Part shown: positions 1 through 11,120 of the stretch, in pieces
Layout of the letters: each line of letters begins with the position of its first letter
Position numbering within the stretch: the stretch's first letter is position 1
Notes under the pieces: generated by a model
Seen by the model: only the letters and a program-made list of their open reading frames with translations
What the model was told of the DNA's origin: nothing
Databases searched by the model: none
Made by a program: the position numbers and the translations under genes
Assembly (NCBI GenBank): GCA_964434935.1
Contig: CAYSWS010000005.1
Location: 1 to 52,918, forward strand
Origin: an uncultured Candidatus Saccharibacteria bacterium
Lineage (GTDB): Bacteria; Patescibacteriota; WWE3; UBA101185; UBA10185
Reading direction: 5' to 3'
DNA: 52,918 nucleotides

Positions 1-55
1 CAGGCTATAATAGAAAACTATCAAATTCCCAAAGAGATCTTTGTGGCCAGTTAAT

Positions 56-1135
56 ATGAAAATGCTAGTTGCCGCCGGAGGTCAGGGTACCAAGATCTGG
101 CCTCTGAGCACCAGAAAAAATCCTAAACAATTTCAAAGGGTCATCGGAGATGAGTCTTTGTTTTCGAAAAATATCAACATGCTGCTGAAAAAGTATGAGC
201 CTGAGGATATTTTCATCTCCACCAAGCAAATGTATAAAAAGCTGGCCAGGGAGCAAGCACCGAGCATTCCTGAGGAAAACTATATTTTAGAGCCTGACGC
301 GCCCCAGGGTCGAGGACCGGCTGAAGGCCTCGCTTTTTTGGTGTTGTCCATGAAGTGCCCGGAAGAGCCCTTTTCCATCATGCAGGCTGATTGTCTTTAT
401 TTACCCCCGGAACAGTATTTGGCCACGCTGGAGGTTATGGAGAGGATCGTGCGCCGGGAGAAAAAGCTGATTTCTGGGGGTTTTGAGCCGGGATTTCCGG
501 TGCTGGGAGTGGATTATCTGCTGCTGGGAGATGAGGTAGCGTCCGATGAGGGTGTAGGTGTTTTTAGGGTAAAAAAGTTTTTAGGTAGGAAAAATGACCT
601 GGCTGAAACATCGGACATGCTCAAAACTGAGAAAGCGGTCATTCACACCAACTTAAATACCTGGTTCCCGGATCTTATGCTGGAGGCTTATAAAAGGTAC
701 AAACCTCAGTGGCACGAAAAACTTATGGAGATCAAAGAAGTGCTGGAAAGCGGAGGAGATTTTGAGACCATAGAGGCCATTTACGGCCTTATGGACAAGG
801 GATCAACGGAAGAGGTTACCCGTCACGTGTTCGAAGAAGGATTTATTGTTACCTATCCTTTCAAATGGGTGGATATAGGCACTTGGGACTCTGTTTATCG
901 CCACCTATCCAGTAAAAATGAGGTTTATGCGGAAGGAAAGGTGGTGGCGCTGGATTCTTCGGGCACATTAGTTAAAAGCTCAAATCCGGAGAAATTGATA
1001 GCCGTTTTGGGTCTAGAGGATATGGTAATTGTGGACACTGATGATATACTTTTCATTGCCCCGCGGGATAAGGTGGGCAATATCAAGGATGTTCACCAGG
1101 CTTTGCTGGATAAAGACCTGGAAAAGTTTTTGTAA
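56..1135 (+). CDS. manC: mannose-1-phosphate guanylyltransferase
   Basis: N-terminal AGGQGTKIWPLS..NPKQF nucleotidyltransferase motif, WVDIGTW and C-terminal VLGLEDMVIVDTDDILFI; ATG at 56 preferred over TTG at 41. Confidence 0.85.
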   Translation: MKMLVAAGGQGTKIWPLSTRKNPKQFQRVIGDESLFSKNINMLLKKYEPEDIFISTKQMYKKLAREQAPSIPEENYILEPDAPQGRGPAEGLAFLVLSMKCPEEPFSIMQADCLYLPPEQYLATLEVMERIVRREKKLISGGFEPGFPVLGVDYLLLGDEVASDEGVGVFRVKKFLGRKNDLAETSDMLKTEKAVIHTNLNTWFPDLMLEAYKRYKPQWHEKLMEIKEVLESGGDFETIEAIYGLMDKGSTEEVTRHVFEEGFIVTYPFKWVDIGTWDSVYRHLSSKNEVYAEGKVVALDSSGTLVKSSNPEKLIAVLGLEDMVIVDTDDILFIAPRDKVGNIKDVHQALLDKDLEKFL

Positions 1136-1158
1136 GAAAAGGAGGTGTTTGGAAAAAA

Positions 1159-1464
1159 ATGAAGGGATTTTTAGAATTTGTCAGAGAACAAGGCGTCGTG
1201 GGTTTGGCCATCGGTTTTATTTTGGGAGGAGCCGTGTCTAAAGTTGTTTCAGCTTTGGTCGAAGATATAATAAACCCCGTACTGGGTATTATTTTGGGAT
1301 CTGTAGGTGGTTTGAATGCCGCTGTGCTTCAGATAGGTCCGGTGGCCATAAAATACGGACATTTTATTGGGGCCTTGATCGATTTTACCGTCATAGCTTT
1401 TGTGGTCTACTACATTTTTAAGGGCTTGGAGGGCAGGATAGATAAAAAGAAACAAGTAAGCTGA
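1159..1464 (+). CDS. mscL: large-conductance mechanosensitive channel
   Basis: MKGFLEFV..VVGLAIGFILGGA..VSALVEDIINP..YGHFIGALIDF; upstream AGGAGGT. Confidence 0.9.
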   Translation: MKGFLEFVREQGVVGLAIGFILGGAVSKVVSALVEDIINPVLGIILGSVGGLNAAVLQIGPVAIKYGHFIGALIDFTVIAFVVYYIFKGLEGRIDKKKQVS

Positions 1465-1479
1465 AAATTTGCTTAGCTT

Positions 1480-1569
1480 GGAGGGATGCAGGAGTGGTTT
1501 AACTGGCTCGCCTGGAAAGCGACGCGCCTAGAAATGGGCACGGGGGTTCGAATCCCCCTCCCTCCGCCA
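1480..1569 (+). tRNA. tRNA-Ser(GGA)
   Basis: GGAGGGA/TCCCTCC acceptor stem, CT-GGA-AA anticodon loop, long variable arm, GGTTCGAATCC, encoded CCA. Confidence 0.95.
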
Positions 1570-1571
1570 CG

Positions 1572-2249
1572 CTATTTTATACTTACGACCAAGAAGTAGA
1601 AGATCAAAAATTGTAAGGGGTAGACAATGTAAAATAAGTACTTAGCTTTGGGCCCGTGTTTCCCATTGTAAGAATTAACGAATATAAGTGACAGAAGAGC
1701 TAGAGGCTGGGTTAGCGAGACCTCATTTATGACCACTTGTCCAAGATCTATCATGAGAAATAAAATTCCCACATAAATAAGAGACTGCCACAGAAACGTT
1801 TTCTTAATATCATCGAAGAATACATAAAACCCCACAATGGACAGCACACCCATTAAGCCGTAATCAGTGTTAAATACCTGAGCGAGTAACGCCAAAAAAG
1901 CTATGAGGGCAGCCGCTAGAGGTTTATTTGAGCTATTTACAAGGATCTTTATGCTTAAAAGCCCCAGGAAGAGCGTAAACAGCACGTTCAGGTGAGTGTA
2001 AGATAAGCCCACGGATTGATAAGCCAGGGAAAACGGGATCTGCGAAATGAAGGCAAAGATCAGTAAACGTGCCAGGTATCTGTCTATATTTCTGGTATGC
2101 CGCGCTCCATTGGCAATGAGCCAGGCAAACAGAGGAAAGGACAGGCGGCCTATGGCTCTAAGGACCGCTGCTTGTGGGAAAAGGAAAAACCCCACGTGGT
2201 CTATGATCATGAATAAAATGGCGATGATCTTGATGGTAAATGAGCTCAT
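1572..2249 (-). CDS. TraX family membrane protein (putative acyltransferase)
   Basis: IKIIAILFMIIDH..IGRLSFPLFAW..T.N..RY..RL..FA.ISQIPF..NVLFTL..DYG..YNG..G...KYLFY..YP pattern. Confidence 0.85.
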   Translation of the reverse strand: MSSFTIKIIAILFMIIDHVGFFLFPQAAVLRAIGRLSFPLFAWLIANGARHTRNIDRYLARLLIFAFISQIPFSLAYQSVGLSYTHLNVLFTLFLGLLSIKILVNSSNKPLAAALIAFLALLAQVFNTDYGLMGVLSIVGFYVFFDDIKKTFLWQSLIYVGILFLMIDLGQVVINEVSLTQPLALLSLIFVNSYNGKHGPKAKYLFYIVYPLQFLIFYFLVVSIK

Positions 2250-2344
2250 ATGCTTCTTGTCTCATTATAATACAATCCGAAAAGACCGTTTTATGCTATA
2301 ATGAGAGCCCAAAATTCACTTTCACCAAAAAGGAGTGGAGAACA

Positions 2345-2554
2345 ATGAGCGCCGTAGAGGAAGTTATGATAGTGCAGTATTGCCAAAAACCCAAACGTTT
2401 TAGGATCGTTGGCTGTATGGGCGGGGTAATCGACCGCAGCGGTATTCTTCAACTGGACAGCATGAATGCTATGGTTTTTGAAGGCGACGATGGCTATGAG
2501 GAAGCCGTGAAGTGTATTGCGAAATCAAGCAACCTCCTCCTGCGAGAAGACTGA
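2345..2554 (+). CDS. hypothetical protein (69 aa ORFan with its own promoter, SD and terminator)
   Basis: TGCTATAAT upstream, AGGAG/GGAG before ATG 2345, hairpin after the stop. Confidence 0.6.
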   Translation: MSAVEEVMIVQYCQKPKRFRIVGCMGGVIDRSGILQLDSMNAMVFEGDDGYEEAVKCIAKSSNLLLRED

Positions 2555-2563
2555 GCCTCATGA

Positions 2564-2603
2564 GGGGCACACCGATAGAAATTATTGGTGTGCTCCACTT
2601 CTC
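2564..2603 (+). terminator. hairpin terminator
   Basis: GGGGCACACC...GGTGTGCTCC stem followed by pyrimidines. Confidence 0.55.
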
Positions 2604-2634
2604 TTAAGAAAGAAAGTATGTTATACAATTGCTA

Positions 2635-4398
2635 ATGGATACTGTTTCCCAAATTAAGCAAAAACTTGATATAGCGGACATTGTGGCAGGTTATCTGTCG
2701 ATAAAGAAGTCCGGCAAGAACTATAAAGCGTTGTGTCCGTTCCACTCGGAAGACACGCCTTCCTTCATGGTTTCCCCTGAACTGCAGATATTCAAATGCT
2801 TTGGCTGTGGTGAGGCCGGGGACATCTTTTCTTTTGTCGAAAAAATGGAGGGTGTTGATTTTACAAGAGCCCTTGAGATCCTGGCTGAAAAAGCCGGTGT
2901 GAAGATAGAGAACCGCGAATACGACCCCAACCAAAAGAAAAAGGTCAAGGTGTTTGCGATCAACGAAGCCACAGCTGACCTTTACCACAACTTATTAACT
3001 AAGCACAAAGCCGGGCAAAAAGCCCTAAATTATCTAAAAAAAGACAGAGGTTTGGACGATAAGACCATCAAAGCCTTTAGATTGGGCTATGCTCCTAACA
3101 ACTGGGACACTCTGCATCAATTACTGCGTAAAAAAGGCTACGCAGATGAAGATCTCCAGCTTTCCGGGGTGGTTATGCCTAAAAGATCGGAAAAAGGCTT
3201 TATTGACAAGTTCAGAGGGCGGGTCATGTTTCCTTTTGTCGATGTTTCGGGCAAGATAGTGGGTTTTTCCGGCCGGGACATTGTGGGCAGGGACCCAAAA
3301 TACTTAAATACTCAAGAAACCATCGTTTTTAACAAAAGTGCCTATCTTTATGGGCTGGAAAAGGCCAAGGTGAGCATAAAAAAGGAAGGGGCTATTTTTG
3401 TGGAGGGACAAATGGATGTGATAAAAGCCTGGCAAAACGATATAACTAACGTAGTGGCTGCTTCGGGCACGTCATTGACCGCGGTGCAGCTGAAAATAAT
3501 CGCTAGGTATACCAAGGAGTTGACCTTTTGCTTTGATTCCGACGAAGCCGGCCTTAACGCCACCACTAGAGCTGTGGGCCTGGCCGAGCCTTTCGATTTT
3601 GATGTCAAGGTGGCTATGATCCCTGAAACGTATTCAGATCTGGACGATTATTTAAAAAAGAGCACAGCGGCGGCTAAAAAGACGCTTAAGAACCCGGTGC
3701 CCATCTACGATTTCTTCTTAGCTGGAGCGTTTAAAAAGTTCAAGAAGGAAACGGCTTACGGCAAAAAAAGAATAGTTGAGTATCTGGCCCCGGTATTTTC
3801 GAAGATAGGCAGCACCGTGGTGCTGGACCATTATGTCAAAGAGCTGGCGGAAGAGACCTCCATCAGCGAAGAAGCTATTAGAGAGTCATTAAAGTCTCCG
3901 GGTAAGTTTGAGGCGAAAAAAAAGGAAGAACCTAAAGAGAACGGTGACATAAAAAGCCGGCTCAAAAAGTCACCGGAAGAGTATCTGCTGGCCCTGCTCT
4001 TCAAAGCCAAGCTTGACACTATGGGACAATTCTTGTATAAACTTGATTCGCAGGATTTTGCCGTAGAGAGAAACAGGGAGCTGTTCGAACATTTTAAAAA
4101 ATATGTTGATAGCAAGCCTGAGGAGTTTGATATAAAATACTTTACAGGCGAGCTTGAACCTAAATTGAAGGAAGCTGCCTTGGAAATGTATCTTTGGGAC
4201 TTGGAGGATCTAGCCTCCGACAGGATATTATTTGTCAGAGAAATAGAGTCAACCCTTTCTCGTATAGAGACAGACTCTGTAAAGAGAAGGTTGAAAACCA
4301 TAAGTGAACAAATAAAGCTGGCGGAACTGGAAAATGATACCAAGAAACTGGAAGAACTTTCTAAGCAGTTTAGTGAGCTATCAAAGAAACTAGTTTAA
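2635..4398 (+). CDS. dnaG: DNA primase
   Basis: CPFH..PSF..FKCFGC zinc finger, [25 protein letters not shown] and FDSDEAG. Confidence 0.97.
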   Translation: MDTVSQIKQKLDIADIVAGYLSIKKSGKNYKALCPFHSEDTPSFMVSPELQIFKCFGCGEAGDIFSFVEKMEGVDFTRALEILAEKAGVKIENREYDPNQKKKVKVFAINEATADLYHNLLTKHKAGQKALNYLKKDRGLDDKTIKAFRLGYAPNNWDTLHQLLRKKGYADEDLQLSGVVMPKRSEKGFIDKFRGRVMFPFVDVSGKIVGFSGRDIVGRDPKYLNTQETIVFNKSAYLYGLEKAKVSIKKEGAIFVEGQMDVIKAWQNDITNVVAASGTSLTAVQLKIIARYTKELTFCFDSDEAGLNATTRAVGLAEPFDFDVKVAMIPETYSDLDDYLKKSTAAAKKTLKNPVPIYDFFLAGAFKKFKKETAYGKKRIVEYLAPVFSKIGSTVVLDHYVKELAEETSISEEAIRESLKSPGKFEAKKKEEPKENGDIKSRLKKSPEEYLLALLFKAKLDTMGQFLYKLDSQDFAVERNRELFEHFKKYVDSKPEEFDIKYFTGELEPKLKEAALEMYLWDLEDLASDRILFVREIESTLSRIETDSVKRRLKTISEQIKLAELENDTKKLEELSKQFSELSKKLV

Positions 4399-4399
4399 T

Positions 4400-5596
4400 A
4401 TGCCAAAAAAAGCCAAAGATTCTAAAAATATAAAAGAAGTATTGGGGAAGAAGGAAAAAAAGACCAAGCCTAAAGCTAAGGCTCCTGCCAAAGCAAAGAA
4501 GGCGGCAAAAAAAGAGGTTAGCAACATTGACCTGCGGGAAAAGAATATCAAAAAACTTATCACTATTGGGAAGAAACAAGGGTATTTGACCCTAAGCCAG
4601 ATCATGGACCTTTTTCCTCATGCTGAGGAAGAGATAGAGATCTTGGATTATCTGTACGAAAGATTAATGGACGCCAAAATAGATGTTTTTGATGTAGAGT
4701 CCGAAAAGGAAGCTGAGAAGTTAGCCGGCATTGAGGATATTGATCTGACCAAGACCAAGCTGGATAAATCTGTTTCTTCCGATCCGGTGCGTATGTATCT
4801 GCGCGAAATTGGTAAAGTGGACCTTCTAAAAGCTGAAGAAGAGGTATCTTTGGCCAAAAGGGCGGAAAAGGGTGACCAGGAAGCAGCCGACATGTTGGCT
4901 AAGGCTAATCTGAGATTGGTAGTATCCATTGCTAAAAAATACATGGGTCGCGGTTTGCATTTTCTGGACCTTATCCAGGAGGGAAATATAGGCTTGATGC
5001 GCGCTGTAGAGAAGTTTGACTGGCGCCGGGGTTTTAAATTCTCAACTTACGCCACCTGGTGGATCAGGCAGGCTATTACCAGGGCTATTGCCGATCAGGC
5101 TAAGGTGATAAGAATTCCCGTGCACATGGTGGAAACCATAAATAAATATAAAAAGATAGAACGCGAGCTGGAACAGAAGCTGCAAAGACCGCCTACCCCC
5201 GAGGAGGTAGCCAAGGTCATGGGCATAGAGCCCATAAAAGCCCACGAAATAGAAAGGATCTCGCAAGACACTACTTCTTTGGAGACTCCGGTGGGTAAGG
5301 AAGAGGACACCCGTTTGAAGGAGTTCATAAAAGATGAAGTGACCGTGTCCCCGTTTGATTCGGCTAGCCAGGAATTATTAAAAGGTCATATTGACGAAGT
5401 GCTGGAAACTTTAAATCCCAGGGAAAGACGCGTTCTGGCTTTAAGGTTTGGTCTTAAAGACGGCAGGACCAGGACATTGGAAGAGGTAGGCCGGGAGTTT
5501 GGGGTTACAAGAGAACGTATCAGACAAATTGAAGCCAAAGCCTTAAGAAAGTTAAGACATCCTTCCAGAAGTAAAAGACTCAGGGATTATTTGTAG
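4400..5596 (+). CDS. rpoD: RNA polymerase primary sigma factor
   Basis: [75 protein letters not shown]; directly after dnaG. Confidence 0.98.
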   Translation: MPKKAKDSKNIKEVLGKKEKKTKPKAKAPAKAKKAAKKEVSNIDLREKNIKKLITIGKKQGYLTLSQIMDLFPHAEEEIEILDYLYERLMDAKIDVFDVESEKEAEKLAGIEDIDLTKTKLDKSVSSDPVRMYLREIGKVDLLKAEEEVSLAKRAEKGDQEAADMLAKANLRLVVSIAKKYMGRGLHFLDLIQEGNIGLMRAVEKFDWRRGFKFSTYATWWIRQAITRAIADQAKVIRIPVHMVETINKYKKIERELEQKLQRPPTPEEVAKVMGIEPIKAHEIERISQDTTSLETPVGKEEDTRLKEFIKDEVTVSPFDSASQELLKGHIDEVLETLNPRERRVLALRFGLKDGRTRTLEEVGREFGVTRERIRQIEAKALRKLRHPSRSKRLRDYL

Positions 5597-7154
5597 GACC
5601 AATTGGCAGAGGTTTGACCTCGCCCAAATTCTCATAAATAAACACATCAGATAGAGGGATAAGATTGGGTTTAGAAAGCACGAACTCTTTTACCAAACTG
5701 AATTTCTTGGGATCAGCTAACTTATCTTCAAACTCTTGCCAGTTGTCATAATAAAATGGATATTGTTGTCTCACAGCGGGTCTGTTGTGGTTTTCCAAGG
5801 GACGCGAGGAAATGACAACATACTGATAATATTCCGTGAGGTCGGGTGTGAAGAATTGGGCATTTTCACTGGCGTAGACCGGGATCTTGTACACTTTAGC
5901 TTCCGGTAGCTTGTTCATGGGGTCTAAGCCCTCTTCGGTGTACACCAGAACGTGTTTTAGGGGGTCAATGCTGGCTTGCATCCATAGGTAAGCGGCTGCT
6001 TTTGGTGTCCAGCGCTGGAATTGTTCGAGCAAAAGAGCCGGATAATAGGAGTAGGAGAGCAAAACTATGAACAGCACACCAGTCAACATCCATTTAGACT
6101 TAACAACGTCCTTATGAGCATAGATACCGTAGGCGGCATACAGCAAAATTATAGGCAAAACCGGCAGCAACCACCTATCCACGCGCCTGTCCTGTAACGA
6201 GAAAAATACCAGGTAGACAATTACGCTTGAGATAAGAAAAATGTGGAAGTGCATGTTCTCCTTGTTTCGAACAGCTTTGTATTTACCGTAAAGAGAAAAT
6301 AGTAATACAATGGGCGTAGACATGTAAACCAAAGCGCGTACATACTTAAGTGGACTTAGATCCACAGAATCAAAGACCATGCCCGCCTCTTTGGTGAACA
6401 TGGTGAGCACACGGAAAGAAAACCTATCCGAAAGTATGAAGGAAAAGGGATTTGTTACCATGTAAACAGCCAGCGCCGTCAAAGACATGCCGGCCAGGCC
6501 TTTATAGTCTTTTTTCACCCAGAATATATAAAGATATAAGGGAAAAGTGATCAAAGTTGTTATTTTGGTACCTACGGCCAGGCCTAGAAACAACCCCGTA
6601 AGGACCGTGAACAAACTGTCCTCCTCTTTTTTATAGTAAAGGAACAAGGTCAGATAAGAAAACAGCAGTAACGTGGCCTGCATGATGTCGGCGTTAACAT
6701 AGTGAGCATGCACAATAAGCTTCCAATTTAGTGCCGCCAGGACAAGAGTAAGAAGCAGCACCTTTCTTTTGTGAAATAATTTGCAGGCCAAGACACCCAT
6801 GCCCGCTACTAGCATCATAGAAATTAACGCATTAACCACCCGGAAAAAGACGAAAAGATGGAATTTATCAAAGCCAATACTCAGCAAGTTCAAACTTTTA
6901 CTAAAAGCCATGTTAGCCAGCGTATAAAAGTAGACTGGGAAAGTACCATAGACAAAAGAAATGGGAATTAGCTTGTAGTAATCATTATTCTTGATAATAT
7001 TCCTGATCTCGTAGGTGTATTTAATGGCTGGTTCGGTGAATTCAGGTTCGTCAGCGTAAAAACTGTGGGGCAATCCGAACTCAATGTGGTACAACCTCAA
7101 TACCAAGCCGCTAAGCAGGATGAAAATAAGCAAAAAGTAGTGTTTTTTCTTCAT
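5580..7154 (-). CDS. ArnT/PMT-like (GT-C fold) membrane glycosyltransferase
   Basis: LRLY...G.P....DE N-terminal motif, many TM helices, [15 protein letters not shown]. Confidence 0.75.
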   Translation of the reverse strand: MKKKHYFLLIFILLSGLVLRLYHIEFGLPHSFYADEPEFTEPAIKYTYEIRNIIKNNDYYKLIPISFVYGTFPVYFYTLANMAFSKSLNLLSIGFDKFHLFVFFRVVNALISMMLVAGMGVLACKLFHKRKVLLLTLVLAALNWKLIVHAHYVNADIMQATLLLFSYLTLFLYYKKEEDSLFTVLTGLFLGLAVGTKITTLITFPLYLYIFWVKKDYKGLAGMSLTALAVYMVTNPFSFILSDRFSFRVLTMFTKEAGMVFDSVDLSPLKYVRALVYMSTPIVLLFSLYGKYKAVRNKENMHFHIFLISSVIVYLVFFSLQDRRVDRWLLPVLPIILLYAAYGIYAHKDVVKSKWMLTGVLFIVLLSYSYYPALLLEQFQRWTPKAAAYLWMQASIDPLKHVLVYTEEGLDPMNKLPEAKVYKIPVYASENAQFFTPDLTEYYQYVVISSRPLENHNRPAVRQQYPFYYDNWQEFEDKLADPKKFSLVKEFVLSKPNLIPLSDVFIYENLGEVKPLPIGPTNNP

Positions 7155-8428
7155 CGACCTGTAAGAATTTTTCTTGTTTCTTGTTTATAACTCTCCACAC
7201 TGGGCTGGTCAAACGCGTTCACCCCCAAAAGCTTACCCAGCATCATCATTTCCATCATCTTGAACTGCATGTACTGACCTAGAGCGCTGGGGGAGATATC
7301 GTCCAGGATTATCTCCATGAATGGCAAGTCCTTTTTGAGAAAAGCTGCCTTCACGCCGCCCAGTATAGCGTTCATGATCTCGGAGGTGCTTTTTTCTTCG
7401 ACTTCGCTCAGGATCTCTAACAAGGGCTCTTGCGGCACGCTGATGTCTATTTTGGGATTTTTGGTGGAAATAAAAGTAAAGAACTTGTCCTTTATGCCGC
7501 CCAGGTAAAGTTGTCCCATGGAGTGCAGGTCGGTGGAGCCAATAGACACCGTAGGCGTAATACCTTTTCCGTCCTTGCCAATGCTTTCGCCCATGAGCTG
7601 GCGGTACCATTTGCCCAAAGACTCCAATTCCGGATGAAAGAAGAACTGATCGTGAATGAGCTTGCCTTTTATGTAGTTCAAGAAAATGACCGTAGCCGAA
7701 ATAGCCGCCGGATTTTTCAAAGTGTTGCCTATCAGACAACCCTTTCTGGCTTCCATGGCGCCTTTTAACAGCTCAGTCACATCCAGACCCAGGCAGGCCA
7801 AAGGAAACAGACCCACACTGGAAAAAGTCGAGAACCTGCCGCCTACATTTCCCGGAATGGGCAGACAGTCTATGCCCAGATCTCTGGCGGTCTTCCACAG
7901 GTCCGAATTGTAATTGGTGGTGATGACCAGACGTTCCTTGGCAAAGGGTACATTGCTGGCAATGATATCAAGGTTGACAATGGTTTCCGTGGTCTTGCCC
8001 GATTTGCTGACGGCATTGATGATCATTTCTGCCGGATCGTTGATCTTGGTTCGTAAGAATTCGTATAACTTGTAAATAAATACAGGATCATTAGTATCGG
8101 CAAAGATCATTTTGGGGAAGCGGTCTGGTTCGACCATGTCAAAATAGCCGTACATAGCATCGTATATGGCCTTGGTGCCCAGATTGGAGCCACCAATGCC
8201 TATGTCCAGAATGTATTTAAGTTTGGGCGTGGCGTACTTAGCGCGGAGTTTTAGGATCTTTTCCAAAATGTCACCGTCAAAAGGCAGATTGATGGAACTT
8301 TCCTCATACATGTAATTATCCGCCTTTGCTACCTTGTTAAGCCTTTCAATGTAGGGCTCAAGATTTGGAGCCTGGGCAGACAATTCTTCCTTGGTCACAT
8401 GCGCTGTGTCTTCGAACCTAAAGATCAT
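7151..8428 (-). CDS. pgi: glucose-6-phosphate isomerase
   Basis: IGIGGSNLG, SKSGKTTET, VGGRFS, QLMGESIGK, DLHSMGQ, FDQPSVESYK. Confidence 0.95.
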   Translation of the reverse strand: MIFRFEDTAHVTKEELSAQAPNLEPYIERLNKVAKADNYMYEESSINLPFDGDILEKILKLRAKYATPKLKYILDIGIGGSNLGTKAIYDAMYGYFDMVEPDRFPKMIFADTNDPVFIYKLYEFLRTKINDPAEMIINAVSKSGKTTETIVNLDIIASNVPFAKERLVITTNYNSDLWKTARDLGIDCLPIPGNVGGRFSTFSSVGLFPLACLGLDVTELLKGAMEARKGCLIGNTLKNPAAISATVIFLNYIKGKLIHDQFFFHPELESLGKWYRQLMGESIGKDGKGITPTVSIGSTDLHSMGQLYLGGIKDKFFTFISTKNPKIDISVPQEPLLEILSEVEEKSTSEIMNAILGGVKAAFLKKDLPFMEIILDDISPSALGQYMQFKMMEMMMLGKLLGVNAFDQPSVESYKQETRKILTGR

Positions 8429-8480
8429 ATGCGATGAAATAATTCTATCATTTGCGGGGGATTAAATGTTCTAATGTAGA

Positions 8481-9269
8481 TTATTCCACCAAAAAGCCGA
8501 ATTCATTGGGCAGATCTATCTTTTTGGTTATTTGCCAACCGGAATCAGTGATGAACTTGGTTATGATCCTGTTTTCTCTGTTTTGAATGTCCAGTTTTTT
8601 AACCATGGCCTCTTTGCTGCCGGTGATAAGGGCGTGGCGGAAAGGCACTTGGGCTATGTGTCCAAGCTGCTCTCGGTGCTGTCTGTACATAACGGGTACA
8701 AGTTTGAGCATGAAAACCAGATCAAATTCAGTTTTGCCATCCGGCAGATAGTATTCCCAGGGATTTTCATTAAGCGGGTAGTTATATAAAACTACTTTGG
8801 CATAGTTTTCCTGCTCAAGCAGTTCATAAGCTTTTTTATCTTTGTCCACCCAGATGTACGTTCTTAGCTTGGGGTATTTGTCAAAGGGGAACGTAGCCGG
8901 GAACAAGCCTCCCCCCAGGTCCAGCACCACCTCCGCTTCTTTAAGATAGCCGTCTATCTGGGAGAAGAGATCGTCCAGAAAGGGCGCCCGTTCACGGGTG
9001 GAGATGTGGGAGTCGGCCAAGTTATCTGCGTTCTTTTGGTAGGTCCTGAGATCGTAGTAAATATCTTTTTTAGCCTTCTTGATAAAATCCTTGAAATCCC
9101 GCGTGCGGTAAACTTCTTTGGCGCTTTTGGCGTTAGAGATAAGCTCTTGCAGAGGCTTGTTCTCTGCCAGCTTCACCCGCAAGCGCTCCAGCGCCTCTTC
9201 TTTAGCTATCTTGTAGGTTTGGCAGATCTTATTTGCTTGCTCTTTCAGTATTTGTTCTTTTAGATCCAC
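8481..9269 (-). CDS. ArmA/Rmt/FmrO-like 16S rRNA methyltransferase homologue
   Basis: SHISTRER, VLDLGGGLFP (SAM motif I), DLVFMLKLVPV and terminal NEFGFLV match the order of motifs in the m7G1405 family. Confidence 0.65.
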   Translation of the reverse strand: MDLKEQILKEQANKICQTYKIAKEEALERLRVKLAENKPLQELISNAKSAKEVYRTRDFKDFIKKAKKDIYYDLRTYQKNADNLADSHISTRERAPFLDDLFSQIDGYLKEAEVVLDLGGGLFPATFPFDKYPKLRTYIWVDKDKKAYELLEQENYAKVVLYNYPLNENPWEYYLPDGKTEFDLVFMLKLVPVMYRQHREQLGHIAQVPFRHALITGSKEAMVKKLDIQNRENRIITKFITDSGWQITKKIDLPNEFGFLVE

Positions 9270-10580
9270 TTAGTTTTCCTCCGGGTCGATAATTTTCTCG
9301 CACTCTTTCTTTTGCTCTGTATATTTTTCCTGGTGCTCTCCCTCCAGCTTTTCCCAAGATTCAATGCAGTTGTTATAGGCGCTGATGCTGCCCTCAATGT
9401 TGAGTTGGCTGGTCAGCAGAGATATCTCCTTGCTTAAAAAAAGATACTCTTGTTTGAGCTCCAGCACCTGAGCATAGGTCACTTTGGAGTTAGTGTAGCC
9501 GTCCCAAAGTATCTGCGCAATTTCCAGGCTCCTTTCCTGTTTTTCCAGTAGATCATCCAGCTTGTTCTGATCGACGAAATCAGATTTTTTGGCTTTTTTC
9601 CAGCTATTGAGAACAGCCTGATCATAAAGTTTCCTATCTTCCCAGAATAACACTTGGTCATAATTGTAGGCTACAAAAGAACCGGGGTTAAGGTGTTCTT
9701 TTTCAGCTTCCGTTTGGTTTTGATCGCTGGCGCCTTCTACAGCCGGGCTTTCCGGGTTGATCTTTTCCGTGGGGATCTTGGGAGAGCCGTCATCCTCCGC
9801 CATAAGTTCTTCGATGATGCCGCGGGCGTAGTCCGAGGATATGGCATAACCTATGCCTTCGGAGGGAGCGTTCTGGTCTATCCAGGTGACCTTAGAGGTA
9901 TTGATGCCCACCACGCCACACTTGTTTATGAGAGGGCCGCCGGAGTTTCCGGGATTGATGGGGGTATCGGTTTGGATCATGGGCACGCCATCATCTTTGA
10001 GATAAACATAACGGGAAAATATGCCCTTAGTGATGGTCGATTCTCCGTAAGGGCTGCTGGGCCAGCCTATGGCGAAAACATTTTCCGCCAGGTCCAGATC
10101 CCGGCTGTCGGCCCAGCGGCAACCGGGCAGGCGGTCGTTGAGGCGGATGACGGCCAGATCGTTCTCTAAGGACAGTCCGGCAATACGCGAAGAATGGAAG
10201 CGGCCTTCGTAAAAGACGTTGGCGTAGCCGGTCTCGTAGTTGTCTATGACATGGTAGTTGGTGATGAGGTAATTGCCTGATTGGTTGACAAAGCCGGTGC
10301 CGTGTTTCTCCACATCTCCAATAAGTAAAGAACATTCTTTGGCTTGTTTAAGGGCGTCTCTTTCCAGACAGGTGTTTTGAGGTGCATCCTGGACCGGTTG
10401 GTCGGTGGGAGGCACCGGAGAAGTTTTTTTGGTCAACAGGTTTGAGAGCGTGGGCATGAAGGACGGAAGTTTGGTATTTTTCGAAAACAGCAGTAATATA
10501 GTGCCAACCAATATTATAATAACGGCGGATATAAGGAGGGCAGTTGCTAAAGTTTTTAACAACCTGGCTGCGCTTTGCAT
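9270..10580 (-). CDS. membrane-anchored trypsin-like (HtrA/S1C) serine protease without PDZ, with helical C-terminal extension
   Basis: ITNYHV (His), DLAVI (Asp), IQTDTPINPGNSGGPL (Ser); N-terminal TM helix. Confidence 0.85.
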   Translation of the reverse strand: MQSAARLLKTLATALLISAVIIILVGTILLLFSKNTKLPSFMPTLSNLLTKKTSPVPPTDQPVQDAPQNTCLERDALKQAKECSLLIGDVEKHGTGFVNQSGNYLITNYHVIDNYETGYANVFYEGRFHSSRIAGLSLENDLAVIRLNDRLPGCRWADSRDLDLAENVFAIGWPSSPYGESTITKGIFSRYVYLKDDGVPMIQTDTPINPGNSGGPLINKCGVVGINTSKVTWIDQNAPSEGIGYAISSDYARGIIEELMAEDDGSPKIPTEKINPESPAVEGASDQNQTEAEKEHLNPGSFVAYNYDQVLFWEDRKLYDQAVLNSWKKAKKSDFVDQNKLDDLLEKQERSLEIAQILWDGYTNSKVTYAQVLELKQEYLFLSKEISLLTSQLNIEGSISAYNNCIESWEKLEGEHQEKYTEQKKECEKIIDPEEN

Positions 10581-10598
10581 GTGGTGCTATTTTACCAC

Positions 10599-11105
10599 TT
10601 AGGTCAGGTCCAAGATCTCCGATTTTACAAGTTTTTGGTAGTCTGCCACATCAATGGCTATGGATACTCTCTTGTCTCCGGCATTGAAAATTACCTTATT
10701 ATTATCGAAAACTTTTTTGTCCGTATAAACTTTCAAGCCAAACAAATTACCAAAGGGCGGCACCCCACCCACTTTAACGCCCTCAGTTATGTCTGCCACT
10801 TCTTCTTCGGTGGCAAATCTGATATCTTTGGCCTGGAAAAGCTCCTTGGTCTTGGCAAAATCGAATCTTTTATCACCGGGCACAACCAGCATGCAGAAAT
10901 ACTTTTTCCCGCCGTACTGCCTGATGCGGACAATGAGAGCCTTAGCCCCTTGCGAGAGTGTATATTTATCCGGCCTGACCCTGGCCGCTTCCTCGCTGGT
11001 GCGGACGGGTTCGTGCTCTAAGTAGTCGTAGCTCATGCCGTTTTTTTCCAACAAGTTCTTAATCTCGCTCACGCATTTATGGATAGGCGAAGTATCTTTG
11101 GTCAT
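10599..11105 (-). CDS. YbaK/ProXp family aminoacyl-tRNA deacylase
   Basis: HEPVRTSEEAA, GAKAL, GGVPPFG, FNAG motifs. Confidence 0.88.
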   Translation of the reverse strand: MTKDTSPIHKCVSEIKNLLEKNGMSYDYLEHEPVRTSEEAARVRPDKYTLSQGAKALIVRIRQYGGKKYFCMLVVPGDKRFDFAKTKELFQAKDIRFATEEEVADITEGVKVGGVPPFGNLFGLKVYTDKKVFDNNKVIFNAGDKRVSIAIDVADYQKLVKSEILDLT

Positions 11106-11120
11106 AGGTAGATTTTAACA

